The notes under the pieces: generated by a model
What the model was told of the DNA's origin: nothing
What the model saw: only the letters and a program-made list of their open reading frames with translations
Databases searched by the model: none
Position numbers and translations under genes: made by a program
In this document: positions 1-11,685 of the stretch, one piece after another
Layout of the letters: the number at the start of each line of letters is the position of its first letter
How positions within the stretch are numbered: position 1 is the first letter of the stretch
Source: Toensbergia leucococca
Taxonomy: Eukaryota
NCBI GenBank assembly: GCA_022813965.1
Contig: JALDZS010000006.1
Span: 124,001 to 188,000 of the forward strand
Reading direction: 5' to 3'
Length of the DNA stretch: 64,000 nt

Positions 1-299
1 ATCATAAGCAGATGACGTGATTGCACGGAGCCATGCAGCCACCGTTCGTCAAATGTCGTGATTGATCCCGCGTACGTGCGTGTACACGCGCTGAACGAAG
101 GGAATCAAAAAGCAGTCTACTCTATTTATAATGGACAAGTACATGAATGTGCAATACCTCACGCTCATTTACACCGCCTTTTTTGCACCACTTGCTTACT
201 TACCAGCGTGTTCTGTCGAAGTGTTTTTAGAACCACAGCCTTGTCGACTTATCCAATTAATTAATTAATACATGCAAGAAAAACAGCTTTAGATCTATC

Positions 300-2044
300 A
301 TGTCCAAGATTCCCGATGAGGAACAGTCTCTTCTCGATCATGAACCGCCTTCCACCACCTCTGTTGAGCCGACTTGGCCCGCAAATGACCTCGAAGATAG
401 TTACGTCTCATCAACCTCCAACGATCGCTCCATCGAACTCGACATCCTACCTGAAAACGCCACATTTGGCCGCAACCTAACATGGACATCAGCCTACATG
501 CTCACTGTCTCGCGCATTGTCGGTTCTGGCATCTTCGCCACGCCCGGAAACATCTACAGATCCGTCGGCAGCGTCGGCCTCGCACTGACAGTCTGGATTG
601 TTGGCTCCGCCATTGCCGCCTGCGGACTCGCCGTGTCCATGGAACTCGGCTGCATGCTTCCTCGCAGCGGTGGCTCAAAGGTCTATCTGGAATTCATGTA
701 CCGGCGCCCGCGCTTCTTGGCTTCGACGTTGGTGGCTGTCCAGGCCGTGGTTTTGGGTTTCACGGCAAGCAACTGTATCGTCTTTGGTGAGTATCTGCTC
801 GTTGCCTTGGACATGAAGGTCACCGCCTTTGCGCAGCGAATACTTGCCATGAGCCTCTTGACGGCCATCACCATTGTGCATGGCTGTTTTCTGAAGACGG
901 GCATATGGATCCAGAATGCGCTGGCGTGGGTCAAAATCGGTTTGATGGCGTTCATGGCCATCCTTGGTGTGGTGGCTCTTTTCCTACCGCAAACGTCGTC
1001 CCGCGAAAATGCGAAATCGCTGTCCTTAGCTCATCTGTTCGAAGGCTCTAATTGGGATCTTGTTGCTCTGTCGACTGCCATTTTCAAGGTGTCCTATTCA
1101 TATGCTGGCTATGATAACGTCAACAACGTCCTCAACGAGGTCAAAGACCCTGTCCGGACGCTGAAGACCATGGCTCCAGCTGCATTGCTGACTGTTACCG
1201 TCTTCTATTTGCTGCTCAATACAGCATATTTCATTGTTGTGCCGTTGGAAGAGATAAAAAACAGTGGGGAGCTAATTGCTGCGCTCTTCTTTGAGAGGAT
1301 CTTTGGAGCAAGTGTGGGCAACACGATACTACCAGTCCTAGTTGCTATTTCAGCTGCGGGTAATGTGATGGTTGTCACATTCGCTCTGGTAAGTAGCTGA
1401 GCATTCAATCTGCACACGCCCAAAATAGTCTTGACTGAAAACTTTCAGGCTCGTGTTAACCAAGAAATCGCTCGACAAGGCTTCCTGCCGTTCGCCAGAT
1501 ATTTGTCCTCTTCATATCCGTTCAATGCTCCACTCGGTGGCTTGATTGTTCACTACATCCCTTCAATACTGGTCATTGTACTCCCCCCGCAACAGGACGT
1601 GTATGCTTTCATCCTTGACGTTGAAGGCTACCCTGCCCAGTTCTTCGCCATAGCGATCTGTATAGGCACTTTGTTGCTAAGGAGGTTCAGACCGGACTTG
1701 ACGAGGCCCTTCAAAGCGTGGAGGGTAGCTGTTTGGTTGAGAATAGCTTTTAGCTCTTGTCTGGTAGTGGCGCCGTTCATTCCGCCGAAGAACGGAAAAG
1801 GTGATGTGGGGTTCTGGTATGCTACGTACGCTGTTGTGGGTTGCGGGCTGTAAGTTTCCAATCCATGATATGTGCTGAGATGGTGCTTATCATAGCTATG
1901 CGCAGACTCGTTTGCGGTGTCATCTATTGGTATCTTTGGACTGTTTTGATTCCTCGGTTGAGGGGCTACCGTCTTGAAGAGGAGGGAGACATGCTTCAAG
2001 ACGGAACAAGCGTTACTAAACTTATCAAGGTAAAATACCAGTGA
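300..2044 (+). CDS. High-affinity methionine permease / LAT-family (APC) amino acid transporter; exons 300-1388, 1449-1849, 1906-2044
   Basis: Motifs IVGSGIFATPG, ELGCMLPRSGG, YSYAGYDN, RPFKAW and many TM segments (MUP1-like). GTAAGT..CAG introns at 1389-1448 and 1850-1905 join three ORFs in frame. Confidence 0.9.
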
Positions 2045-2203
2045 CAAAATAGAAATGCCGTATGCTCCGAAGCATGATACAACTCTACGGTCTCACTAGA
2101 GGGTGATCAGAAACAAACGTTTCACAATAGGTTCATAAGGATTTCATTGCATCAAATGCTACGACCTGTCAATCTCGACTATCTCGCCCCCAAAATCTCG
2201 ATC

Positions 2204-3246
2204 TTACTCAACATCATCAGGATGAAAAACCAACGCTCTAACCTCGATACTTTCCCTAGGGATTTTAGCCTCAGCCCCTCGATCCACAAATGCGCTATGC
2301 GGCGCCCTTCTAGCCCTTCCATCTACCTTCGAGTCAAAACACTTGATCAACATAACCTCCTGTGGGGTCTGCTCCCGAAGATAATACCAACGATGGCGCT
2401 GATTGGGCCGAACGGTAAAAGTCTCCCCGACCCGATCCGGATAAATCAACTGCACGGGCAAAAGGTCGTCTTCGGGCACAGACGTAGCATCGGCGACTCC
2501 AAGCGGGTCTTTGCGGATGGTCTTGATGGGACGCCAGACGTTGATGATTTGGTAGCGGCCTTTGAGGAGGCGGTCAGCGTCGGCGGGGAGGTGGTGCTGG
2601 ACGCGCTCGGGGCCGGCTTTGTAGGATTGGTCGATGTGGACGCGTTGAACGGGGCCGCGGAGGGCTTGGGAAGCGTTGGCTGGGTCAGTGAGGCGCTTGT
2701 CGGCGGACTGGCGGCGGATGATGTGGTCAAAGATGAAGATTTGGGAGGCGCCGGTGCTGAGGAAAATGATGTTGGTATGAAGCTTGAACTTTTGATTTTG
2801 CTCGAAGATTGTTCAATTGAAGGGCTGGAAAACATTGGAGGCAAACATTTAACAAAAGGTGCTTACGCAGACTTCAGAATATCCTCAACTTCAGGATAAT
2901 ACCCCTTCTTAATCTCATCCTCGTCCTCAAACGCACTCTCCCGACTAACATGCTTCCAGATCTGAAATCCCGTCTTATCTAAACTATACTTGTCCTCTTC
3001 ACCACGAATATCGTGCACGAGCATCGCTCTCGTCTCGGCCGGCCGCTCGTACGTCTCCGGTTTGCCGACGTAGCTCGGGGCGGGCGGACTACCGTCGCCG
3101 GGGTCTTTGTAGTAGTGGAAGTCGGCGAGCACATCGTATGCTTTCGGTTTAGTGGGATTCGCTTGCTGGGTTTCGTGGTCGTGGTTGGTGGTGGGGCGTA
3201 GGAGATGAGGGGCGATGGTCGAGGGGGAGGGGATTGTGGATGCCAT
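2204..3246 (-). CDS. AsaB/CmcJ/NvfI-like hydroxylase-desaturase (putative Fe/2OG dioxygenase); exons 3246-2867, 2756-2204
   Basis: Spliced product has DIRGEEDKYSLDKTGFQ, YYPEVEDILK-ATGAS-FIFDH, RVHIDQS, IINVWRPI, WYYL..QTPQEVMLIKCFDS, PHSAF, RESIEVRALV, the hallmarks of this family. Intron 2757-2866 is GT-AG. Confidence 0.88.
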
Positions 3247-3305
3247 TTTGTTGATCTTTTTGTATATAGGGGGTTTTATATTGACCTAGAAAATTTGGAG
3301 TTCTT

Positions 3306-3396
3306 TTCTTCTTCTTCTTCTTCTTCTTCTTCTTCTTCTTGTTCTTTTTCTAAGATGGAGCGGGCTGGTTTATTTTATATATATATATATATATAT
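3306..3396. repeat. Microsatellites (TTC)n and (TA)n upstream of the AsaB-like gene
   Basis: ttcttcttc run at 3306-3340 and tatata run at 3376-3396. Confidence 0.95.
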
Positions 3397-3916
3397 GTAT
3401 GTGATATATATGTTTTGATGCGCGGTTTGTCCGGGAGCTTTGGGTTTGGATTTGTAATTAATTGGAGGAGGGGGGGGGGTTTGATAGCCTCATTTAGTTC
3501 TACGATGGCGTGCGTGCCTGGAGGGTTTTCTGACAAATCAACAGCAAAAGGTACATTGGTACCTTCCATCTGCTATCTGATATCATTTTCAAATACCGTG
3601 AGTGCCGTATCCCGCATCACCCTTCCCCTCATAAATCCCGCCCCCCCCACAACTCCCTCGCGGCATGTTCTAACTCACCCCGCCTCCCCACGCCCCCACA
3701 GAAAGATACCGCAATCCAAACCTCCCCCCCCAGAAACCACAAACCCTCTCCCTTCCCACCCCAAAAAGAAGAAAGAAAGAAAATATAGCTAGGAATTCCC
3801 CCTCGGTCCTGCACCGGACGGGTAACCAAGCAGCGCGGCTTTTGTTGGGTGGTGAGGAGCGGCGGTTGTGTGGGAGTGGGAGGTGTGGTTTGTTTTGTTT
3901 TTTTTGAGGAGGGAGC

Positions 3917-3948
3917 GCTGACTAACTGACTTGACTGACTGACTGACT
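3917..3948. repeat. Imperfect (GACT)n microsatellite
   Basis: ctgactaactgacttgactgactgactgact. Confidence 0.85.
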
Positions 3949-4227
3949 ACCTATGCAATGAGGAGACGTGTTGTGTTGCCCTTACTATCCCCTCTATCAA
4001 ATCTTCCGTGTTTAGGAATCTGGGGATTTTATGAGGCTCATGCATATTGAAAACTTGGACATGCATGCAATCATTTTAGAATGTGTTAGGGCGATGATGT
4101 TGTTAGATCACGCTTACCTTTTCTTTCATGCTATATGATTTTTTTTGTGCTCATGTAGATGCCTTTTTTTGGGGGGGAGGAAAAGGGGGCGGTGGGGTTT
4201 GGGAAAGGTATCTCCTTTTTTGGGGGG

Positions 4228-4590
4228 GGAAGGGGTTTCTTTGTTTGCTGGAATGGGAGGGGGGGTGAGTCTTGGATTGGTGGAATTGTGACTTTGAATT
4301 ATTTGGAGCGAGCGGTGATAGTTCCTTTGTGCTGGTTTTTTCTGATTAGTACACCCATTCTCAGCGCCGTAGAAACCATGCACCAATTTTAGGAGCAAAA
4401 AATGTGTGGTGGAAAGGGGGGCGGTTTCTTGATTCTCTGAAAACTTTGTTTGAGAGGATTTTTTTTTCTGGAAAGGGTTTCTTTGTTTGCTGGAATGGGA
4501 GGGAGGGGAGTCTTGAATTGTGATGGAATTGTGGCTTTGAATTATCTGGAGTGAACTGTGATGGGTTACTTTGTGTTGGGGTTTTCTGGC
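4228..4590. repeat. Imperfect ~120 bp direct repeat (4228-4345 and 4470-4590)
   Basis: Both copies read gggtttctttgtttgctggaatgggaggg...gagtcttg.attg...tggaattgtg.ctttgaattat.tggag. Confidence 0.85.
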
Positions 4591-4938
4591 TTTTTTTTGG
4601 TGTAGGAGCCGGTGGGGGGGCGGCGGAGGGGTGGGTTGGGTTAGTTCACGCCATCGTCTTGAGTTTACTTAATCATGTCGCGTCATGGAGGGAAGCTTTT
4701 TTATGGGTATTGATATGTGTTTATTTCATATTTGAAGCATGCATGAAAAGATTCGCAAGCAAAACAATTTCTCAACCTACCGCCCCCCTTGTTTCTGTGT
4801 TTTACCCCAGTGATCTAAAAAGCAAAAAAATGTCAACGCATGCATTTGAAAAAGAAAAACCACACAATAACCAATCACCTTCATCCCCGTGGCCCTCCTA
4901 CGGGAAGGAGGAGCTATCACTCTTACCTTTGCCCCAGC

Positions 4939-5844
4939 CTAGCAGTGATGGTAGACGAAGCAGCGCCAAACATAATTATCATGCGGGGTGCCCAGACTGA
5001 GCAAGTCTCTATCATAAGCCGCCCATACCGCTGGCGGCGGATTACTAAGGCCAAAGGGGAGCGGATCGCCGAATTCGTGCGTGTGGGTCGCGTTTGGGTT
5101 GCCGTCGTGGAGGTAGAGACCTTCGCTGTGAGGCTCCTCCACGGGGCAGGTGGGCTCTGTGCAGCGGGCTCTGTTGAGCGGGTGCACGCTGCCGAGCTGA
5201 GGCCAGGGAGGGGGCGAGTGGCGTCGCTCGTCCCCGAGGCGAGTCAAGGCGGGATTTTGCGAATCGAATAAGAATCGGTTATCCAGGACAGGACAGGCGA
5301 AGACGTCATCCGGCTCTTCGGCTTCTGCTTCGGGGAAGTAGTCTACTATTGATTCTTCTACCTGTGGGATATCATCTGCTTCGGGGTTCTCGGTAGGCAT
5401 TTCGGTAGGCCGTGGGGGAGAAACGACTTGTGGAGGGGAACGAGCTGTTCCGGCTTCTTCAGTAAGCATTTCTGTATCCTGTGCAGGGGAACGAACTGGT
5501 GAAGGCACCGGACTGGCCAAAGCAACCGCAGGGGCAGGATCGCCTTGAGGGCTAGAGTGTTCCAACGCGTCAGGAGGAGAAGCTTCCGCACCAGTGGACG
5601 CTGCATTTCGAGCGCTCACTGGAATACGTCGACGTCTAGACGGTACCAGCGCGTTATGAGGAGAAGCTTCCACACCGGTAGACGCTGCATTTCGAGCGCT
5701 CGCTGGGCGATTCCGTCGACGTCTGGATGGCGTGGGTGTAATTGGGGGGAGCTGATTCCCCGAGCGAGTCGTTCGCCACTCGGCCTGCTCCCGACGGCTT
5801 GCAGACCGTGTGGTTACTGTAGAGGTTGGAGTTCTTCCAGCCAT
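4939..5844 (-). CDS. Hypothetical protein (301 aa): disordered Arg/Pro/Glu-rich N-terminus with a 28-aa repeat; C-terminal Cys/His motif
   Basis: Uninterrupted ORF from an ATG in accATGg context; C-terminal CTEPTCPVEEPHSEGLYLH...FGLSNPPPAVW. Confidence 0.65.
   Translation of the reverse strand: MAGRTPTSTVTTRSASRREQAEWRTTRSGNQLPPITPTPSRRRRNRPASARNAASTGVEASPHNALVPSRRRRIPVSARNAASTGAEASPPDALEHSSPQGDPAPAVALASPVPSPVRSPAQDTEMLTEEAGTARSPPQVVSPPRPTEMPTENPEADDIPQVEESIVDYFPEAEAEEPDDVFACPVLDNRFLFDSQNPALTRLGDERRHSPPPWPQLGSVHPLNRARCTEPTCPVEEPHSEGLYLHDGNPNATHTHEFGDPLPFGLSNPPPAVWAAYDRDLLSLGTPHDNYVWRCFVYHHC
5566..5730. repeat. 84 bp tandem duplication within the ORF
   Basis: cgcgt.a.gaggagaagcttcc.cacc.gt.gacgctgcatttcgagcgctc.ctgg...cgtcgacgtct at 5566 and 5650; encodes PSRRRR..SARNAASTGxEASP twice. 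Confidence 0.9.
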
Positions 5845-6380
5845 GGTGATGAGCTTTTTGACGCTTGATTCTTGTTCCGTAAGGAAAAAGCGGACTGAGC
5901 TTGATGTGAGAAGTAAGGATAAAGAGCGCAGTGCAGAAAGAAAATCTCAGAGAACTTGGAGACAGAATATATACTGACTCCGCCAAATCCTCAGACTTCT
6001 AAACACCATGAACAATCACGGACAATGTGATTGTTTCCCTACTCCTCCCTCATCGTTCGCCTACTCAACACTCTATCCCCAAAAATCAACACAAACAGAC
6101 AAAGAAAAAGGACGCATTGTTCGCCTCAACTCATATTCACCGAAGACCCCGAAAGGCGCAACAAAGAACTCTTGTTTTCGAGGGCAATTGTTGTTAATGT
6201 CCTTGCCTTCAACTCTCCAACTTGTATCATAGCTCTCTCTCTAGCCCCCCTCAAAACAACACCAACACCCAATTCCTCATCCCCCTTCCTTTTCAAATCT
6301 AGACCCTCTTCAATAGTCTCCTCTCACTTCCTCTTTGATTTAAAGCTCACCCACATCCGCACACGCAGACACCTCAAAAA

Positions 6381-6692
6381 ATGGACTCTAGGAAATACTA
6401 TGAGTACGAGTTCAGCTGCGGCCACGTCTTCCGCACCCTACAGCCAGCTGTTGAGGCCTTTGGTGTGACGTACATTCCTGGATACACCGAGTGCTGGAGC
6501 TGCATGCTGCAGAGCGCGAAGGAGGAGAAACTGAAGGCGCTAGAGATCACACGGAAGGGGAAGAAGCAGAAAGAGGAGGAGAGACGGAAGGAGGCGGAGG
6601 AGAAGTGGATAAAGGACAAGCAGAAAGAGGAGAAGCAGAAGCTGCTGAAGGAGGACAAAATAACGCAAGACATGGCACGGCTGGAGCTCTGA
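6381..6692 (+). CDS. Small hypothetical protein (103 aa): CGH...CxxC putative zinc-binding motif plus charged coiled coil
   Basis: aaaaATGG context after a C/A-rich leader; YEFSCGH-x22-CWSC followed by a K/E-rich helix. Confidence 0.6.
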   Translation: MDSRKYYEYEFSCGHVFRTLQPAVEAFGVTYIPGYTECWSCMLQSAKEEKLKALEITRKGKKQKEEERRKEAEEKWIKDKQKEEKQKLLKEDKITQDMARLEL

Positions 6693-8241
6693 TGGAACGC
6701 GTGAGATGAGGAGCGGGTGATTGTAGATGAGTGAGGGTTTTTCTGAGGGTTCAAAGGTGCATGCGTCTATGGACTTTTATTGTAACACTTTTACCGAATT
6801 GTTTGAAGCAGAACAATTGAGCATCATTGACACTGACGTATCTGCGCTGTATCTCTTTCTAAGTTTGGTACGAATGATCTCATTGCTCCTCAATCTTCGT
6901 CTTTGCTCACATTCATTTAGCAAGTAGAAATCAATCAAATGGCAACTCTCCAATGGCATCGCGTACCGGACTCTGACTCTCGCGCCTGAATCCTAGTTGT
7001 AGTGAAAGCCTAGAGCTGAATCCTTTGAAGAGTTGGTGTAGCGCCTGTGAAGCGGCTCACTTGATGCCAGGCGGTTTAGCTTCAGACAGAGTGGTAGTTG
7101 TTTTTGTGGAAGAGATGAATGAGACAGCTCGCACTCGAACAGGGGTCCGTAGAACACTTCCGTCAGAGTCTCATCTGAGAGGTCAAGATGCATGGGTGCG
7201 TGCCGCGGAAAGGCTCACACTGTACGGAGTAGGCGCCTAAGCAAAAGGTCCCGCCCAACTGTGAATTCAAGCCTCTCAGAACGAGTGATACCAACATGTA
7301 GAATTATGCATGAAACTTTTCAAACCATAGAAAGCTGGGTAATATAGTGCCCCGCTGCCAAGCGGTTCTATCCGTATTCTGATTCTGTAAAAGCAAGAGT
7401 ACGGGTAAGACTGCCCAACGAACAATGTAGAAGTAGGCGCATAGGAAAGTTAACCGGTATGGGTGTGAAGCCCAAGTCAAAGGCTTTGAGCAGATGACTC
7501 GTGCCTAAATTCAACGTCAGCTGGTTCCACATGTGACAATATCCCAGCTGACTTGAAGGCCAGGCCATACCCTGCACGAGGACAAGCAGGCATGTTGGCT
7601 CTCATAGACCCCTCTCCTTTCTATGACTGTCTGCGAGCTTTGTGTCTATTCTGACTTGTTTATTTGGTACTTGTGCGAGAAGTCCAGGTAAGCTATTGTG
7701 ATCTAGGCGAGTCACAGCGGAGTGTGTAACTCGTGCGTAGTCTGCAGAGTAGATGAGTATTGCGATAAATAATCCTTCTGGCGGGTTATCCCGTGATGTG
7801 CTATATAGGATATATTGAGATGGAAAAAGGACGGATGGAAGTGGAGGAAGGAATGGGTGTTGGAAGATAAAAGGAAATAATGGGGATTAGATGGGGAGAG
7901 AGGGGCGAGGAAGGCAGGGGCAGGACAAGGGGTAGGACAAAAGAGATAGAAGAGATGAGTCGAGGAGATGGAACCGTATAGTACTGTGTGCGGATGAGGT
8001 ATAGCATGTTGGATGCACGGAGAGAGTGGGCCCTCATGGCAATAGATAGACTATATCACCTAGGATCACAAGGACCACAAAAATAGAGGGAGACAAAGGA
8101 GGAACAAATACCACCATCTGAACCGAGACGCCTAGCCCACCCACTCCTCGACTTGCTCGTGCTTTGGGGTATATTTAGCCGTAGGAAACTCAAATATCCG
8201 GCCAAGCGAAGACAAGTCACCAACCCACACTCATTCATCGT

Positions 8242-10349
8242 CTAAACCCTTTGCTCGTCATCATCATCATCATCCATCTTATCTCCTTCCTCGCCCACAC
8301 GGCTCGTCATGTAAGCTGCCACCAAAGCAGCGCAACCTCCAAATCTCAACACCCACCCAACACTATCGTCCCATGGGCTTCCCCTCGGTTTCTGTGCTAG
8401 TCTGAAAATAGCGCTTGAGACTAGTGTTGAAATAATTTGAGGTGCAGAGACCGCAACATTGTGCAGTCCCAAAACCACGCCTGCTTGACTTTCCGTTCCC
8501 TTGTCATCTATTGGCTCTCCATTGTCCGTCGATCGCCTCTCCATTCTCTGCAAAGCGTCGCGTTTGCTAATCTCAGCGCTTATGAGGGCGAAAGGGGCCC
8601 AAAGGGTGAGAGCCCATGCAAGACCTATAACGCCAACAAGAATGGTGGCGGCAAATGGGGTGCTGACGAAGAATGTGAGGCCCATGCAAAGCGCGTAGAG
8701 GAGGTGAGAGAGGATCCAAGCACGACGGAGAGTGAGCCAAGGTATCTGGCAGATAGAGAGGATACGGGTAACACGAGAGTGAGATTCTGGAGATGGGGTC
8801 GGAGGGAAGAAAGATGTCATGCTTCCAGACATGCCTGGAGTGCCAGGGGTGGACGGGTGATTGTATTGAGAGGAATAATAGGGGGCTGAGGTCGATTCGG
8901 CTGGACGGACAGGCCGGTAGCTTGGAACGACAATGAAAGGTAGGAGGATGTTGGAGGCGAATGAGGTGATGGCGAAGATCAGAAGTGCGAAACTCCCGAC
9001 CCGTGTAGCTTCTTCCCAAGTACGATCGACCTCAGCGGGAGTGAGGTCAGGATTTGCGGCGAATATAGGATTCACGTAAAGTTGACCAATGTAGGTCGTT
9101 ATGTAGAAAAGAAAGGGGAACCAGCCCATCCAGTTGAAGAATTGAACTTCGCAGACTTTGCGAACTTGAGGAGGAAGACGTCTCATAGAGTTCATTATCT
9201 GACGGAAGAACGAGAGAACGCCGATCTTAGCAGGTGCAGGTCCCTCGAGCCGGGGATCGCGTTCACGAATGGCTAAACAAGAGACTATGACTGTGCCGCC
9301 TAGGGCAAAGGCGGCAATCACGCAAAGAACTTTGAATTGCGTATCACCAAAGAACGGCATGATCCTAGGAAGGTTGACATAGCTAGAGAGGTAGCCGAGG
9401 ATATTTCCAAATCCTGTGATTCGACCTGCCCAAGCATTGGCAGCTTCCTGCTGGTGGGTTGGAGCATTGTCTACTATGAAAGCTCTAATGCCTGCTTGGA
9501 CTATACGAGAAGCGTTAGCCACGGTAAAAAATTGACGCGAACAATCGTACCTGCGTTTATAGCAAAATCTAGAACGTATACAACGACGATAGCAAACACT
9601 ATCGAAGTGATCTTGACTCCTTGTGAATCAGGGGAGGTACCAAACAGACTCAGGAGACCTCCGACTATTTCTCTTGTCCATGCCAATGCTAACAAGGACA
9701 GGATGGTAGCAGCCGCACCCGCAAGCATGAATGGTTTGCGTTTTCCCCATGATACCCGACAGTTATCGCTTCGAATGCCGATGTAGGGTTGTACGAGAAC
9801 TCCAGTAAGCGGACCCGCAATCCACACAAAGGCCAATAATTCCTTGCTCATGCCTAATGAAAGAAGATATGGCTGGGTTCAAGATTCGGGTCAGCCCAGA
9901 GAGAATGCGTCACTATGGCAATCTACACACCGAGCCGTTTGATATCTCCACCGTCCATGCTATCTGTAATCTATTGAATGGCAAATAGTCAGTAATCAAG
10001 TGAGAATGAGAACCTGAGCATGAAACAGGGGTTGGGCAGAGTACTCTCACCCTCCTATGCTGAGAGTCAGCAAGAAGAGATACCATATGCTCTTCGTCTC
10101 TTCTCCGTCGCCTTCGTTCCAGTCGAGGGCTCCTACAGGTGAGAGGCCCTGGTCTCGAGAAGGTAGCCCATCATGCACTCGTTGCGGTTCAAGCAAGGGC
10201 GAATTCTCGTTCAAGAGCTCCAGAGATTGACTGGCCCGTCTGGTGTTCCCAGCCTTGAATGGATGTATTTCTGTAGTCTCGTAGGGGAACGACCCTTCGC
10301 TCGGTAATTTATCAAAGCTGGTAAGGGAATTTGAGTGGTCCTGTGCCAT
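8242..10349 (-). CDS. SUT1-like sucrose/alpha-glucoside:H+ symporter (GPH family); exons 10349-10051, 9970-9931, 9872-9551, 9500-8242
   Basis: LLTLSIGGLQIAWTVEISNGSPYL, WIAGPLTGVLVQPYIG..SD, GKRKPF, QFFNWMGWFPFLFY, AGVVLGLHNVAVSAPQ; three GT-AG introns. Confidence 0.93.
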
Positions 10350-11685
10350 CGAACGGTAAGATTGGTATGAAGAGCTCCAACAATTTCGAGACAAGCTGGG
10401 AATGTATGGGATCTCTTGGGCGACTGTGGGCTGGCTGGTAGAGTGGTTGCCTAATCAAGAAATCCTTCAAGGCTTCATGGTAATTTGGCAAAGGAAGGTC
10501 GGCAGAGTATGTGAGGTGGGCTGAGCAGGCAGTAATGAAGAGTCATGCGTGTGGCTAGTGATTGTAGTGGATGGTTGCTTTCTGTGATGAAAGTTCTCTT
10601 TCTCTTGATGACAAGGCTAGAGTGATTCAATCAGAGGCAGTAAGGCACTTGTGATCAAAGGCATCGGAGGAGGGCCAGCCGGCAGAAAAATAATTAGAAT
10701 AGCAGAAAGGCAGAAGAGGCATGACGTTGTGTTGCTCTGGTTGGCTGGAACTACTTCTAGTGTGGTTGGGTGGGGGTTTGGGCATATGCACGTCCACACA
10801 TGATTCTTGGGCAATAAGACATTTCAACGACGATGGTAATGTCAATGGTCTTTAGGGGAGAATGAATCTTGCGCATCGCCGTACGTTTCCTGTCAGTTTC
10901 GTCGCTCCATAATTTGTGGTTCTTGGGGAGCGCTTCTACGGATATTCTATTCTAGACTCTACAACACTTTCAAAGGTTCCACTTCTTCCCAGTCTCTTAC
11001 GCAGTGCTTAATGTAGAAACTTTACCTTCATTCATGTTTTTCAAAACCAGCACAAAGTACATTGACAACCCACGGAGCTAGGTAGATAAGGATCGACGTC
11101 AAAAATTTCCACAAAAATGCTGATAGAGTTAAGCTATTCTATTGAGAAAAGATTAAAATTTAATCATCAGATCAAACACAGTACACATGACTCCTTTCGA
11201 AGTACCTAGCTGAGATATTGACACTTCCTCCGCGCAGTCGGTTTCTCATAGAATGTTGTCATAATCGATAGAATAACCCAGAGCGCTACGAGTATTAAAC
11301 TATTTTAAGCCTCCTACGAGGCTTGACCAGCGATGGCGTATGCTAATTTTGCAGATCGTAGGGAACCAGACTCGACAAAGTACCTACTCGTACCTACCTA
11401 CTTCAAAAACCATACCAAATTTGTGTTTCAATACGTTAAGCCCGTAGAATACCTAGGTACTCTTTGAAAGTGACTTGAAAGTTGAAACGTGCTGCCTACA
11501 CGTGATATATTGTACTCGTACCATGTTCACACGTAACATCGCCTTTACGAGTATTTGATCAAAGAATTTGAGTTTTTATCAACACATCTAACCTCCACCA
11601 AGGCACTAGTTCTTCTCAAGAGCATGCATGGAGTCGTTCATCCTCGACTTCTTTCCCTCATGAAACCCTCAGCACCTTCTCCACT

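Noticed and set aside
2147..2899. 250-aa + strand ORF (and the Ser-rich 2446-2844 ORF)
   Set aside because: Antisense or alternate-frame shadows of the AsaB-like gene.
3205..5000. Several ORFs of 60-195 aa
   Set aside because: Translations of microsatellites and homopolymer tracts; no coding features.
6993..7760. Short ORFs and a small tcagctgg...ccagctga hairpin (~7518-7551)
   Set aside because: No recognisable protein or RNA motif; an 8-bp stem is expected by chance.
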